Positions 16,686 to 26,265 of a stretch of 33,642 bases of DNA are shown piece by piece. The stretch comes from an uncultured Methanomassiliicoccus sp. Its GTDB lineage: Archaea; Thermoplasmatota; Thermoplasmata; Methanomassiliicoccales; UBA472. The notes beneath the pieces were generated by a model. That model was not told the DNA's origin. It was given only the letters and a program-made list of their open reading frames with translations, and did no database searches. The stretch spans positions 1 to 33,642 of the forward strand of contig CAZXTA010000001.1 in NCBI GenBank assembly GCA_964642865.1. Reading direction: 5' to 3'. A program made the translations under genes and the position numbers. The number at the start of each line of letters is the position of its first letter. Within the stretch, counting starts at the first letter, position 1.

Positions 16686-19418
16686 ATGCAATCGAAGAAA
16701 ATAAAAGCGTCAGTGGTAGCTTGGTTGCTATTGATGCCCCTTTTCATAGGTCTATTATTTATTGGTGGGACCAGTGCGGCCACCCCGATACTAGATGAGA
16801 CCTCATGGACGAAAGGGACACTAGATAGTGTATCAGATGTTAGCTACGTGGTCAGTGAAGCGATCGATCTTCAAGGATATCTTCATGTAAGTTATTTCGA
16901 GTCAATAGGTAGCGACCTGATGTACGCCACCAATAGTGGTGGTGAGTGGAGGACCGAGGTCGTGGACAGCATAGGGAATGTAGGCAGATACAATTCCATT
17001 GCCGTCGACTCAATGGGGAAGGTACACATAAGCTACTACGACGCTACCACCAACGACCTGAAGTATGCAAAGGGCAATTTCGGCGAATGGTCAATTGCCG
17101 TAGTGGATTCCGTTGGAGTGGTGGGTGAGTACAACTCGATATCATGTGATTCCAGCATGGTCTACATAACCTACTTGGATTATTCGAACTCCAATCTTAA
17201 ATTCGCGGTCAATTCCGGTTCTGGATGGAGTACAAGTGTCGCTGTGGAGGATGTAGGCCTCGGCAACAGTCAGATCTCGTCGAATGGAAAGCTCCATGTC
17301 GCTTTTCTGACAGCAGACAATAGGTTAAGCTACGCTTCGATGAACAATTCCGAATGGTCTGTGGTACAGATCGACACCAGCTCTTCCTTCGGAAAAGAGA
17401 TGGACATCGGTTTGAAAAATGGACAACCGTGCATAGCCTACTACGACACAATTACCCACGATCTCAAACTGGCCATTCGAGGTACAAATAATGTATGGAG
17501 CAAGCTTGTCATCGATGATACGACCGATGTCGCTTCCTGGCTATCTCTGGATACTAATTCCGGCACCGGGTTCCATATTACTTATTATGACTACTTCAAT
17601 CAAAACCTGTGCTACGCCGTCCTAGGTGATGAATGGGAACATTTCATCCTCGACACCAGCGTAAGTACATGCAGTGCCATTGTCTCAGACTATAATGGCA
17701 AACAACATGTTGTCTACATAGATATAATTGGTACGACCACCAGGCTCAGCTACATTACCAACTCTGGGGCGAAGTGGATGCTGGAGACTGTGGATGAGAA
17801 CGGGACCGTTGGCCAGCAAAGCTCCTTGGCAGTAGACGCTGAAGGTCATACGCATATCGCCTATTACGATAGCTCCAACGGCAGCCTGAACTACGCCAAC
17901 AACATCGACGGCTGGAATGTCGAGGTCGTGGATAACTCGACCGCCAAGGTCGGACAGTATCCATCCCTGGCCCTCGACGCCGAGGGTAATGCGCATATAA
18001 GCTACTACGACGCGATCGGCGCCAAGATTCTTAAATACGCCACCAATGCCGCGGGCGATTGGAACATACACACCCTGGACGGATCGGGCGACGTGGGTAT
18101 GTACAGCTCCATCGGCATCGACGGCAACGGAAAGGTGCACATCGCCTATCTGAACAGCGCCGCCAACAACTTGAAGTACACCAGCAATGCGGGTGGGGAC
18201 TGGATAATCGGACTCATCGACAACAGCGGAACCGTGGATGGAAGAACATCCCTTGCCATTGATTCTCTGAACCAGGTGCACGTGGCCTATTACCGCGCCG
18301 GTGAGCTGATCCACGCCAACCAAGTAGGGTCTGAATGGGCGAAGGAACCGCTCGAATCGACCGACCAGCTTGGCGGTGGAGTATCGATGTTCATCGACGA
18401 TCAGGACCAAATATACGTAACCTATTACAACACGGTCCTGACCCTGCTCAAGTACATCAACAACGTCGGCGGTCAGTGGAATTCCGCTGAGATCATCGAG
18501 GCGGATGGCATTGTCGGGGTCGCCAGCACCATCAAGGTCGACGAGAACGGCGACGCGCACATCGCCTACGTCGACAATGCTGACTATGGGATCCTAAAAT
18601 ACGTGGAGAAGAGGAATGGTATATGGATGTTCCAGAAGGTTGACCTGCAGGGATGCGGTGATGACATATCCATGGCCCTGGACGCTCAAGGCCGTGCCCA
18701 CGTCAGTTATTACAACCCCGTAACGAAGGATCTCATGTACGCCTCTTCCATCGTGGTCCCGACGGCCCCCACCAACCTGACGGTCACCGTCAGCGACGGT
18801 CTCGTGACCCTGAACTGGGAAGCCCCACAGAACGACGGCGGCTCGGACATCACCGAATACCAGATATTCCGCTCCGACGGAGTAACGTCCACTCTCAGTC
18901 TCTATAGCGACGTGTCTCACGACACCACCGTCTATAACGACCTAGGTGTGGAGAACGGCGTGTCTTACATTTACCGCGTCCGCGCGGTCAACTCCGAGGG
19001 CGGCAGCTCGTACTCCAACCAAGTAATTGGTACGCCCTGTACGTTGCCTGATGCGCCAGACCTTAAGGCGTCAGGTCGTGACAAGTCGGTGGTACTGGAG
19101 TGGGACGAGCCGGATAACGGCGGAGCGGCCATAATCGAGTACAAGGTCTATCGCAAGAATGAGACCGGGATGTGGCTGCTCATCGGAACCGTCAACGGGA
19201 CCGAGACCAAATACACCGACACTGGCCTGGAGAACGGGGTGGAATACTCCTACTACGTGACGGCGGTGAACCCGTCGGGTGAAGGCCCGGAGAGCGGGAT
19301 GGTTTCGGCCACCGCCAACCCAGACAACACCTGGATGATCATCATCGTGGCGGTCATCATCCTGGCCGCGGTGGGTGTGGGCGCGTTCTTACTCCTGAGG
19401 CAGAAGGGCAAACTCTAA
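16686..19418 (+). CDS. Large cell-surface protein: signal peptide, 14 beta-propeller-type repeats, 2 FN3 domains, C-terminal TM anchor
   Basis: 910 aa. SD GGAGGG lies upstream and the signal is VVAWLLLMPLFIGLLFIGGTSAA. FN3-like modules are PTNLTVTVSDGLVTLNWEAPQNDGGSDITEYQIF and PDLKASGRDKSVVLEWDEPDNGGAAIIEYKVY. The C-terminus is WMIIIVAVIILAAVGVGAFLLLRQKGKL. Confidence 0.85.
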   Translation: MQSKKIKASVVAWLLLMPLFIGLLFIGGTSAATPILDETSWTKGTLDSVSDVSYVVSEAIDLQGYLHVSYFESIGSDLMYATNSGGEWRTEVVDSIGNVGRYNSIAVDSMGKVHISYYDATTNDLKYAKGNFGEWSIAVVDSVGVVGEYNSISCDSSMVYITYLDYSNSNLKFAVNSGSGWSTSVAVEDVGLGNSQISSNGKLHVAFLTADNRLSYASMNNSEWSVVQIDTSSSFGKEMDIGLKNGQPCIAYYDTITHDLKLAIRGTNNVWSKLVIDDTTDVASWLSLDTNSGTGFHITYYDYFNQNLCYAVLGDEWEHFILDTSVSTCSAIVSDYNGKQHVVYIDIIGTTTRLSYITNSGAKWMLETVDENGTVGQQSSLAVDAEGHTHIAYYDSSNGSLNYANNIDGWNVEVVDNSTAKVGQYPSLALDAEGNAHISYYDAIGAKILKYATNAAGDWNIHTLDGSGDVGMYSSIGIDGNGKVHIAYLNSAANNLKYTSNAGGDWIIGLIDNSGTVDGRTSLAIDSLNQVHVAYYRAGELIHANQVGSEWAKEPLESTDQLGGGVSMFIDDQDQIYVTYYNTVLTLLKYINNVGGQWNSAEIIEADGIVGVASTIKVDENGDAHIAYVDNADYGILKYVEKRNGIWMFQKVDLQGCGDDISMALDAQGRAHVSYYNPVTKDLMYASSIVVPTAPTNLTVTVSDGLVTLNWEAPQNDGGSDITEYQIFRSDGVTSTLSLYSDVSHDTTVYNDLGVENGVSYIYRVRAVNSEGGSSYSNQVIGTPCTLPDAPDLKASGRDKSVVLEWDEPDNGGAAIIEYKVYRKNETGMWLLIGTVNGTETKYTDTGLENGVEYSYYVTAVNPSGEGPESGMVSATANPDNTWMIIIVAVIILAAVGVGAFLLLRQKGKL
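16839..18750 (+). repeat. 14 tandem coding repeats of about 45-48 aa (putative two 7-bladed propellers)
   Basis: The consensus read by eye is VG.Y.S[IL]A[VL]D..G..H[IV][AS]YYD.....LKYA.N..G.W..E.VD..G. Fourteen units run from VSYVVSEAIDLQGYLHVSYFE... to GDDISMALDAQGRAHVSYYNPVTKDLMYASS. Confidence 0.7.
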
Positions 19419-19423
19419 GGAAC

Positions 19424-19453
19424 GAGGGTCCCGACCCTCCTTTTTTTATTTTT
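19424..19453 (+). terminator. Hairpin plus oligo-T terminator after the surface-protein gene
   Basis: GAGGGTC-CC-GACCCTC (19424-19439) is followed by TTTTTTTATTTTT. Confidence 0.45.
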
Positions 19454-19470
19454 AATCCTCCCTACCTCAC

Positions 19471-19478
19471 TTTTATAA
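19471..19478 (+). promoter_or_regulatory. TATA box candidate for rfcL (near-leaderless transcript)
   Basis: TTTTATAA ends 25 nt upstream of ATG 19503. Confidence 0.35.
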
Positions 19479-19502
19479 GCCGCGCGGTCGTTGTGACGGT
19501 CG

Positions 19503-20951
19503 ATGGGAGACGATTGGACGGAGCTCTACCGGCCCAAAGGCCTGGCGGAGGTGGTCGGCAACCCCAAGATGATCAAGGACCTGAAGCAGTGGGCCCTCTC
19601 CTGGGAGGAGGGCCACCCGGCGCAGAGGACCGTGGTGCTCATGGGCCCTCCGGGGGTGGGCAAGACCAGCGCGGCGTTGGCCTTGGCCAACGATTTCAAC
19701 TGGGGGGTGGTGGAGATGAACGCCTCCGATCAGAGGAACGCCGAGGCCATCAAACGCGTGGCGGTGCGTGGCTCCCGTTCAGAGACCTTCACCGACGAGG
19801 GTGAGTTTCTTTCCAGCAAGGAAGGGCGCCTCAAGCTGATCATCTTGGACGAGGCGGACAACATCTTCGGTCGGGAGGACTCTGGCGGCGTGCCGGCCAT
19901 AGCTGAACTGGTGGCCAACACCCAGCAACCGGTCATACTCATCGTCAACGATTTCTACGAGCTGAGCAGGAAGAGCTCGGCCATCAAGAACAACACCCTC
20001 CAGATGAAGGTGGGCAGGGTGCAGGGCGGCACCATGCGAGCGGTGCTACGCAAGATAGCTCTAGACCAGGGTCTGGAGGTCCCGCAGCGGGTCTTCGAGA
20101 CGATCATCGAGAACAGCAATGGGGACATGCGGGCCGCGGTGCGGGACCTGCAGGCTGTGGCCGAAGGCAATGCCGACATCGGGGACGACGACGCCTTCGT
20201 GCTGGAGAGCCGCATGTCCATCAGGAGCATGTATGACCTGATGCGGGACATCCTGCACGAGAACGACGTCAAACGGGCACGGCGCACCATGATGGACGTG
20301 GACGAGACCCCGGAGCACGTCATGATGTGGCTGGACGAGAACGTTCCGCTGGAATACAAGGTGAAGGAGGACGTCTATCAAGCCTATCAGCATCTCTCCC
20401 GCGCGAGCATTAACCTATCCCGGGTGAAACGCCGCCAGTACTATAGGCTATGGGCCTACGCCTCCGATCACCTGTCCATCGGGGTGACCTCCTCCAAGAC
20501 CCATCTCAACCGGAGCTGGGTACAGTACCGCTTCCCCTCCTACATCATGAAGATGTCACGAAGCAGGTCCATGCGCAACATGAAGTCCATGATCTCCCAG
20601 AGGATAGCCGATCACAATCACACCTCCACCCGGCGGGCGGCGCAGGACGTACTGCCATATCTGACCATCATATTCAAAGCGGACCGGGAGTTCCGGTTGG
20701 CCCTCATTTCCGATATGAGGCTGAGCATGGAGGAGGTGGCCTACCTGCTGGAGAAGAAAGTGGACGCCGCCGAGGTCAAGCACCTGATGCAGGAGGTGGA
20801 GAAGCTCCGCCAGGCCAGGGAGGCCGGCATGCGGCCCATACGCGAGGTGGTGAAAGAGGAGTCGAGGAAGGCAGCTCCGGATGAGAGGTCTCCAGAGAAG
20901 AGATTGGAGCCCAAGGGCAAGCAGAGCTCCCTGTTCGAGTACAACGGGTGA
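19503..20951 (+). CDS. rfcL: Replication factor C large subunit
   Basis: WTELYRPKGLAEVVGN is present, with Walker A GPPGVGKTS and DEAD-like ILDEADN. The C-terminus QSSLFEYN (20922-20945) is PIP-box-like. Confidence 0.93.
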   Translation: MGDDWTELYRPKGLAEVVGNPKMIKDLKQWALSWEEGHPAQRTVVLMGPPGVGKTSAALALANDFNWGVVEMNASDQRNAEAIKRVAVRGSRSETFTDEGEFLSSKEGRLKLIILDEADNIFGREDSGGVPAIAELVANTQQPVILIVNDFYELSRKSSAIKNNTLQMKVGRVQGGTMRAVLRKIALDQGLEVPQRVFETIIENSNGDMRAAVRDLQAVAEGNADIGDDDAFVLESRMSIRSMYDLMRDILHENDVKRARRTMMDVDETPEHVMMWLDENVPLEYKVKEDVYQAYQHLSRASINLSRVKRRQYYRLWAYASDHLSIGVTSSKTHLNRSWVQYRFPSYIMKMSRSRSMRNMKSMISQRIADHNHTSTRRAAQDVLPYLTIIFKADREFRLALISDMRLSMEEVAYLLEKKVDAAEVKHLMQEVEKLRQAREAGMRPIREVVKEESRKAAPDERSPEKRLEPKGKQSSLFEYNG

Positions 20952-20953
20952 GA

Positions 20954-21889
20954 ATGTTGAAGAAGGACCTCAAGGACATCCTACAGAAGCAGCAGTACCG
21001 GCTGTGCGGCGATCACGCCGGGGTCAAGCTCTGCCATTGGATGAAGCAGAGCCTGTTGAAGGGTCGTACCTGCTACAAGCAGGACTTTTACGGCATCCGC
21101 TCTCACCGCTGTCTGCAGATGACCCCGGTGGTGAACGACTGCACGCACAACTGCCTGTTTTGCTGGCGGGTGCGTGGCTTCGAGTCCACGGTCACCAAAT
21201 GGCAGGACCCGGAGTTGGTGTTGGACACCTGCATTGAGGGGCAGCGTCAGCTGGTCACCGGTTTCAAGGGCGATCCCCGTTGCTCCCCTGTCATGTGGCA
21301 GGAGGCCCGGGAGCCCAATCAGGTGGCGATATCGTTGGCCGGGGAGCCGACCATGTATCCTTATCTGGGCGATCTCATAGAGCTTTGCCATCGCCGGGGC
21401 ATGACCACCTTCCTAGTGACCAACGGGACCTTCCCGGAGGTGTTGGAAGACCTCAGCGAACTGCCTACCCAGCTGTACGTCACCGTGGCCGCGCCCAACG
21501 AGGAAATATATCGTCAACTTTGCGTGCCGCGCATCCCGGACGGGTGGGAGCGCTTGCGGCGCACCCTCGAGCTCTTACCCTCCTTGAACACCAGGACGGT
21601 CATCAGGCATACCCTTGTCAAGGACTGGAACATGGGCTGGGAGAAGGAGTACGCCACCCTGGACCGCCTAGCCGACCCCACCTTCGTGGAGCCGAAGGGC
21701 TTCGTCTTCGTGGGCGACTCCCGTCGCCGCATGTGCATTGGCAACATGCCCTCGCACGCCGAGGTCCTGGAGTTCGGAAGGCGCCTGGCCAGCGAACTGG
21801 GAATGGAACTGCTCAATGAGAAATCGGACAGCAGGGTAGCGGTGTTCGGTGCCGCCGGAACGGATACCAAGATCCCCGGTCTGGAATGA
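20954..21889 (+). CDS. taw1: tRNA 4-demethylwyosine synthase (Taw1/TYW1), radical SAM
   Basis: YRLCGDHAGVKLCHW...CYKQDFYGIRSHRCLQMTP is followed by the cluster motif CTHNCLFCWR. The first ATG is at 20954; the listed GTG at 20948 overlaps the rfcL stop. Confidence 0.9.
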   Translation: MLKKDLKDILQKQQYRLCGDHAGVKLCHWMKQSLLKGRTCYKQDFYGIRSHRCLQMTPVVNDCTHNCLFCWRVRGFESTVTKWQDPELVLDTCIEGQRQLVTGFKGDPRCSPVMWQEAREPNQVAISLAGEPTMYPYLGDLIELCHRRGMTTFLVTNGTFPEVLEDLSELPTQLYVTVAAPNEEIYRQLCVPRIPDGWERLRRTLELLPSLNTRTVIRHTLVKDWNMGWEKEYATLDRLADPTFVEPKGFVFVGDSRRRMCIGNMPSHAEVLEFGRRLASELGMELLNEKSDSRVAVFGAAGTDTKIPGLE

Positions 21890-21891
21890 GC

Positions 21892-22683
21892 TCAAAGAGG
21901 GTGCTTCTCCAGGAAACTGAGTACCTGGGAGCAACACTTGTCGGCCGGAATTATGTGTCCAGCTCCTGGCACCCACTCCAGTTCCGCGTGGGGAATACGC
22001 TTCTGCATCTCCAGGGCGAAGTGCGGTGCCACCATGATGTCCTCGTCCCCATGCATGATCAGCGTCGGTGAACTTATGTGCGCCAGACGTTCATGACTGT
22101 CAAAAAGGTCCAATGCTAGCTTCTGGGCCTTAAACCCTTCCGCGGCCCTCTTGCCATCCCCGTTGCATCTACGCTGAGCAGGATTCGCCAGCGCCAGTTT
22201 TCGGAAGTAATCCTCCGGCAAGCACCAGGACTGCATTAGCTCCATTAGCGAATCGAAGGTAGCGCCCTCGTCCACGGTGCGGATCATGGTATCTATGGCG
22301 AAGGCCGACCTTTCCGGTCGGCGAGCGTAGGTGGACATGAGCACCAGGGAACCGACCCGCTGCGGAAAGTTGATGGCGATCTCCTGGGCCACATTACCGC
22401 CCATGGACCATCCCAATACATGAGAGCGCTGTATGTCCAGCTCGTCCATCAAGTGAACGATGTCCTCGGCCATTATGCGCATGGTGAAGAGCGTGGGGGG
22501 ATAATCGGTCTCACCAGCCCCTCGATTGTCCAGGACGAGCACTAGATGCCGTTTGCTCAGGAGGGGAAGGTACTTCTTCCAGAATGAGACCTCGCCTCCA
22601 AGTCCGGTGATGAGCACTAGCGGGTCCCCATTTCCCAGCACTTCGTAGTTAATTTGCACGTCCCCAAGGTCGGCCTTAGGCAT
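21892..22683 (-). CDS. Alpha/beta hydrolase fold protein
   Basis: 263 aa. The nucleophile elbow is GWSMGG, an HG-type oxyanion region occurs in LVLITGLGG, and a C-terminal His lies in GAGHIIP. Confidence 0.85.
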   Translation of the reverse strand: MPKADLGDVQINYEVLGNGDPLVLITGLGGEVSFWKKYLPLLSKRHLVLVLDNRGAGETDYPPTLFTMRIMAEDIVHLMDELDIQRSHVLGWSMGGNVAQEIAINFPQRVGSLVLMSTYARRPERSAFAIDTMIRTVDEGATFDSLMELMQSWCLPEDYFRKLALANPAQRRCNGDGKRAAEGFKAQKLALDLFDSHERLAHISSPTLIMHGDEDIMVAPHFALEMQKRIPHAELEWVPGAGHIIPADKCCSQVLSFLEKHPL

Positions 22684-22801
22684 CGGACGGCGAATTGGAA
22701 TGGTATTATTTGCACTTATTCCCAGAGCTCAAAATCGCTTGGTCGTGCTTGTGGGCCCACCTTTCAGATACTAGCTCTCGAAAAAAAACGGCACCAGAAA
22801 T

Positions 22802-23212
22802 ATGATATCTCCGTTAATACCTAAATTAAGGAACATGGAGTGGATCGATGACACGGTGGCCATAGGGAGTTGGGTCGATCACAGGGCATATGAGCGTCAA
22901 AAGAGAGAGGGCATAGAGTTGAGCATGAACGCGCGCTGCTTCTTCGATCAAACGTTCTTCTCCGTGGGCCGACTTCCCGATGTGGCCAAGGTGAACAAGG
23001 CCGCTGATGTCCTGGTGGACCTTTCTAAGCGAGGGGTCAAGGTTATGGTCCACTGTCATCATGGTAAGGACCGCTCCCCTTTCGTGGCCATGATATACCT
23101 CAGCAAAAGACACGGGATCAGCTATCCCGAGGCATTCGAGATGATCCGCAAGGGGCGACCTCGGGCGGTATACCACCAGGAATGGGTTGATGTGCTTCAG
23201 GCCGATCGGTGA
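22802..23212 (+). CDS. Dual-specificity / protein-tyrosine phosphatase family protein
   Basis: The CX5R active-site loop is VHCHHGKDRSP. The product is 136 aa, with an alternative start at Met12 (22835). Confidence 0.8.
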   Translation: MISPLIPKLRNMEWIDDTVAIGSWVDHRAYERQKREGIELSMNARCFFDQTFFSVGRLPDVAKVNKAADVLVDLSKRGVKVMVHCHHGKDRSPFVAMIYLSKRHGISYPEAFEMIRKGRPRAVYHQEWVDVLQADR

Positions 23213-23228
23213 TGCGCTGCTCGATACA

Positions 23229-24332
23229 TCACAATGGTACCTGGGCCAGGACCCTTTCGTCCAGCACGTACTTGAGACGTGGTCCCACCAGATATATGGG
23301 GGACAGACTGAAGAAGTCCAGTCGGATGATGTCGTAGATCATCATGGAATAATACTCCGCTTTTATGTCCTGGAAAACCTGTTCGCGATGGGCTCCCAAC
23401 CCCTCTCCAGAGTTCAGCATTTCCGTCCTATTCAGCAGTTCCTTCAGCTTGGCCACCCTGGCCCTCAGTAAGCTGGAGGCCATCCGCCGGCTCATGAAGC
23501 TCTGGAAGTTGCGCATCACCATTAGCTGCGCGGTCAGGGCCAGTAAGCCCAGGAACACATCGTTCAAGGTGAAGGAACCCAAGGATGTGAACAGGTTGGC
23601 CAGGGTGACCCCCGGGAGGATCAACGCCCCCACGAACAATATGGCCGAGCCGGTGAACGCACCCAGCACCACCGTGGCCACCATGGCGGTGGCCATCCAT
23701 CCGGTGGAGCGAGCCACACCTATACGGGCCTTCCAGGCCTTGGCCAGAGGGGTGATGCCCTGGGCCTGGGGCCGCAGCAGGTTCATCAGGGCGTAGAAGA
23801 AGGTAATCAGCAAAATCTGGACGACCAGCAGAAGGGCCAAGCCGTCCGTTATGGACTGGGTGGTGAGCTGGAAATAGACGAGCAACAGTAGCCCCAACCC
23901 CAGGATTATGGTGAAGCTGATGGTCAGGGGCACCATGCCCCCCAGGAACACCGTCAGACCCATCTCGATGGCCAGTTTCTTCTTGCGCAGCAACAGTCTG
24001 ATGGCTAGCCAACGATGGTCCGCCCCCTCATGCTTCAACTGCGCCTTCTCCTTGGGGCGGGTGCGAACGGTGGTGGTGGGCAAGAACAATATGATGTAAT
24101 TGTAAGAATAGAGGAGAAGTCCCACGATCAGCCAGATAAGAAGGGCCTCCGGTCTGATGATTATGATCCCGGAGATCAACACAAGCATCATCAGCGGAAG
24201 CACCGACCGCTGCAACTGATGGACGCCCTCCTCCACGACCTTGACCAGCAACGACTCCTGCTGCGCCAGTTCGTCGGCGGCTTCTTGAATGAAGGCGGAA
24301 GTCTCATCGGATACGGTCATCTGGGTCTTCAT
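23229..24332 (-). CDS. Polytopic membrane protein, hypothetical
   Basis: 367 aa. It has an N-terminal soluble helix, about 8 hydrophobic segments and a C-terminal soluble domain of about 90 aa. I recognise no family. Confidence 0.6.
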   Translation of the reverse strand: MKTQMTVSDETSAFIQEAADELAQQESLLVKVVEEGVHQLQRSVLPLMMLVLISGIIIIRPEALLIWLIVGLLLYSYNYIILFLPTTTVRTRPKEKAQLKHEGADHRWLAIRLLLRKKKLAIEMGLTVFLGGMVPLTISFTIILGLGLLLLVYFQLTTQSITDGLALLLVVQILLITFFYALMNLLRPQAQGITPLAKAWKARIGVARSTGWMATAMVATVVLGAFTGSAILFVGALILPGVTLANLFTSLGSFTLNDVFLGLLALTAQLMVMRNFQSFMSRRMASSLLRARVAKLKELLNRTEMLNSGEGLGAHREQVFQDIKAEYYSMMIYDIIRLDFFSLSPIYLVGPRLKYVLDERVLAQVPL

Positions 24333-24427
24333 TTAAGCGTGCACCTGGGGAGTTAATAGCGAGGTCCAACCTAAAATCCTTGGCCTCTAACAAAATATTG
24401 GGAAGCAAAAGGATATCTATTGAGTGC

Positions 24428-24649
24428 ATGGATAATTCCCCAGGTACTTCAATGGGCAAAAAGGAGAAAGTGGCATCGATATTGCATCTGGTGGGTGGAA
24501 AGCCGGAGAACGTGGAAAAGATCGTGGACGAGATCGACAAGTTCTTCGACAACCTAAATGCGGAGATGGAGGATTGGAAGGTGTCCATGGAAGAGTTCCC
24601 GGACGGTACCCGCATATTCGCCCGATTCCAGGTATTGGTTAAGAAGTAG
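24428..24649 (+). CDS. Small hypothetical protein, paralogue of 26266-26439
   Basis: The C-terminal 36 aa, KFFDNLNAEMEDWKVSMEEFPDGTRIFARFQVLVKK, align with KMFKDVEANMEQWKFSVEDTKEGTRVEITIKALVRKKEK at 15/36 identical by hand. The start is uncertain: TTG 24380, ATG 24428 or ATG 24452. I favour 24428 because of TATA-like AACAAAATATT about 30 nt upstream. Confidence 0.5.
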   Translation: MDNSPGTSMGKKEKVASILHLVGGKPENVEKIVDEIDKFFDNLNAEMEDWKVSMEEFPDGTRIFARFQVLVKK

Positions 24650-25411
24650 GTGCGGACCTTGGAAACATCGACTAAAAAGAAAGAGCCTAAAAAGGACGAA
24701 AACCCGGAGCATGTGATATTGTGTCCGACCGATTGGTCCGACCCTGAATACCGTAAGATACTTGGAGAATATCACAAAGGCCAACAGGAGGACACAACGT
24801 CCCTGGATTCGGAGATGAAGGCCTTCAAGAACGTGTGGACCGCTCAGAGCAGACCCAAGATGGCCAGCGAATACCACAAAGAAGGGGCTCCCTTCCTGGG
24901 CTGGTCGGAGGAGAGGGCGGCGTCGATGCCGTCATCCGCGCAGACCCCTGAGAATTACCAGAGGATGATGAAGGAGAAGGGTCCTCCAGAAAGCTCCTCG
25001 AAGGAAGGATCGAATCCATTGGACATAGGGCGGAACATCGACCTGGGGACCGTGGAAATAATCACCTATGCTCTTTTCCGGGCCATATTCGGCCGGGGCG
25101 TCAAGATGCCCATCAAGCGCGAGGGCATGATGGACATGGATGTGATCGTGAGAGGCAAGGATATAATCCTGAACACCAACCAGTTCTTCTTCGTGGTACC
25201 CGACCTGGCGGTCTGGAGAATCATCTATTCCCATAAGGGCACCACGGTCATAGAGTTCGGCCGTGGGGTGGACAATGGTTTCAAGGTCCATCGAATGCAG
25301 GCCATACGGCTGGCCTTTGGGCTATGGAGGGATTCGAAGAAGAACCAGAAAGAAAAGGTCAAGCTCCGTGCAGCGCTAGCTAAAAAGACTGAGGAAGAGG
25401 TGGTCGAGTGA
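24650..25411 (+). CDS. Hypothetical protein (Lys/Glu-rich N-terminus, globular C-terminal domain)
   Basis: The 253-aa ORF has coding-like composition throughout. The only start before codon 21 is a GTG directly abutting the preceding TAG. Alternatives are GTG 24710 and ATG 24815. I recognise no family. Confidence 0.5.
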   Translation: MRTLETSTKKKEPKKDENPEHVILCPTDWSDPEYRKILGEYHKGQQEDTTSLDSEMKAFKNVWTAQSRPKMASEYHKEGAPFLGWSEERAASMPSSAQTPENYQRMMKEKGPPESSSKEGSNPLDIGRNIDLGTVEIITYALFRAIFGRGVKMPIKREGMMDMDVIVRGKDIILNTNQFFFVVPDLAVWRIIYSHKGTTVIEFGRGVDNGFKVHRMQAIRLAFGLWRDSKKNQKEKVKLRAALAKKTEEEVVE

Positions 25412-25433
25412 ACGCGGACGTGATGGAAGGCAT

Positions 25434-26243
25434 ATGATGGATGGACGCGATTTCTTCAGGAACGTCCTAAAAGAGATCCATATCATCATGGCCGGGGCTT
25501 TCGGACTTCATAATGTATCGATCACGCCGATGGGCTCGGAGGGCGCCCGGCTGTCCATACCCGTAAGGATCGAGGGCCTCGATATCGAAGATAGGAAGAT
25601 GATCTACTTCGGCAAGATACTGGGGGGAAGTGATATCATGACCCAGCGGGCCTTTCAGTTCTTCAAGAACATCTACCTGCAGATGAATTCCAAGCAACCT
25701 CTCTTCGACTTCACCCGGTCAGCCAAGGAAATGGCCAAGCATCAGTATGAAGGACTGTCCAAGATATATGACCTAGGAATACCCACGGCCGAACCTTACG
25801 GTTACTATCCATTGGTCGGAGACCTTTGGTTCTTTGTGGCCGAGTTCCTGGAGACGGAGAACGCCATCGAGCCCACCAAGGTGAACCAGGAACTTCTGGA
25901 GGAAGCCTTCGAGCATCTGAGCAAGATGCACCGTAAGAAGATATTCCATGGGGATATCAAACCGGAGAACTTCATATTCGCGGACCGGGTCTACATCATG
26001 GACCTGGGGCATTTCCTGGAGGACGCTCCCCAAAAGGAGAAGAGGGCCTACGACCTGGCCTGCATGGTGGCTTCCTTCCTGAATTTTTGTCCCGCGGAGA
26101 CCGTCGTCAATATGGCGCGAAAGTACTATTCCAACCGGGAACTGAGACGTGCCGCCGACTATTTGGACCTGATCGACAGGCGACCAGATTTTAAACTGAC
26201 GGCTGTTAAAAAGGAAAAATTGATGCGCCTTCTGCAAAAATGA
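25434..26243 (+). CDS. Atypical protein kinase-like fold protein (RIO/Bud32/Kdo-kinase-like)
   Basis: The catalytic-loop-like motif is FHGDIKPENFIF, the DFG-equivalent is IMDLG, and the candidate ATP-binding Lys lies in MIYFGKIL. SD-like GGAAGG lies upstream. Confidence 0.7.
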   Translation: MMDGRDFFRNVLKEIHIIMAGAFGLHNVSITPMGSEGARLSIPVRIEGLDIEDRKMIYFGKILGGSDIMTQRAFQFFKNIYLQMNSKQPLFDFTRSAKEMAKHQYEGLSKIYDLGIPTAEPYGYYPLVGDLWFFVAEFLETENAIEPTKVNQELLEEAFEHLSKMHRKKIFHGDIKPENFIFADRVYIMDLGHFLEDAPQKEKRAYDLACMVASFLNFCPAETVVNMARKYYSNRELRRAADYLDLIDRRPDFKLTAVKKEKLMRLLQK

Positions 26244-26265
26244 AGGCGCCCAACCTTGTTCAGGA

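Noticed and set aside
17685-18560. 291-aa ORF antisense to the propeller-repeat region of the surface protein
   Set aside because: It is kept open by the repetitive codon pattern of the sense strand. It has no start context or recognisable domain.
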